From a virus: 64,000 bases of DNA. A program made the translations under genes and the position numbers. This document shows, piece after piece, positions 63,584 through 64,000 of the stretch (its first letter is position 1; every line of letters starts with the position of its first letter). The stretch spans positions 64,001 through 128,000 of the IMG/VR virus record IMGVR_UViG_3300047510_001668; one strand, written 5' to 3'. Below the pieces are notes generated by a model. That model did not search any database. It was not told where the DNA came from and worked only from the letters and a program-made list of their open reading frames with translations.

Positions 63584-64000
63584 TTCAGAACAACTCCCCC
63601 AATCACCACACCTGCCACTACACCTACTACAAATGAAGTCTTACGGCTTGGTAATTTGATGCCAAACATTTTGTTGGGATTCTTGGGAGCAGGAGGAATG
63701 TTGTTCACAACAGTTTGGAGACTATCACCACGGAGTAAGGCAAGTTTCAATGCGTCATCTTTCTTTAGTATGGCAGTTTCTAATTCTTGTATTTGATTAC
63801 CTTGTGTTGTGATAGTTGTTTCTTGTTTTGTAATGATGGAATCTTTTAATGGAAGTATCTGTCTGGCAAGTTGTAGTGTGTCGGTGATAGTCTCCGTTAA
63901 CAATTGTGCTCGATCCATTAAATTCAATGTTTCATTTTTCAATTCTGTAGCTTGTCTGCTGTACACGCTGGCACGACTTTGTGCTGCACGAGCTTCATTG
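63580..64000 (-). CDS. coiled-coil protein with C-terminal TM (spanin-like?), 5' part outside window
   Basis: Frame stays open to window edge; Pro-rich then hydrophobic C-terminus. Confidence 0.55.
   Translation of the reverse strand, partial: NEARAAQSRASVYSRQATELKNETLNLMDRAQLLTETITDTLQLARQILPLKDSIITKQETTITTQGNQIQELETAILKKDDALKLALLRGDSLQTVVNNIPPAPKNPNKMFGIKLPSRKTSFVVGVVAGVVIGGVVLK

Overview
A 64 kb piece of a large T4-like (Tevenvirinae-type contractile-tail) phage genome, mostly coded on the minus strand, standard genetic code. 1-9.8 kb: baseplate/tail module (gp6 partial, 25, 5, 27-like, 53, 48, 4, 2, 54-like, 26, 51, short gp29-like). 9.9-23 kb: gp32/59/33, a cell-wall hydrolase, a permuted two-piece tmRNA, LpxH-like phosphoesterase plus GT2, exonuclease, PhoH, ligase, GuaC, DsbA, amidase, PspC, UvsE and PurA. 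23-34 kb: a GC-richer region of small early genes with sigma70-type promoters, two repeated operator-like motifs and a 12-bp-phased iteron-like array near 29.3 kb. 34-42.6 kb: a late-promoter-driven run of secreted/outer-membrane genes (CsgG-like, cohesin/dockerin-like, beta-barrel-like, nuclease, lipase). 43.3-47.8 kb: 29 tRNAs covering all 20 amino acids (including Ile-UAU), two HNH genes and three structured spacer RNAs. 48-58.4 kb: RNase H, NrdJ, ThyX, primase. 58.4-64 kb: late/virion genes including a capsid-targeted nucleotidyltransferase polyprotein. Strongest leads: the secreted CsgG/cohesin-dockerin operon, a lambda G/GT-like -1 frameshift joining gp26 to gp51, the permuted tmRNA, and the unnamed structured RNAs. 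Family assignments come from motif recognition only; no searches were run.
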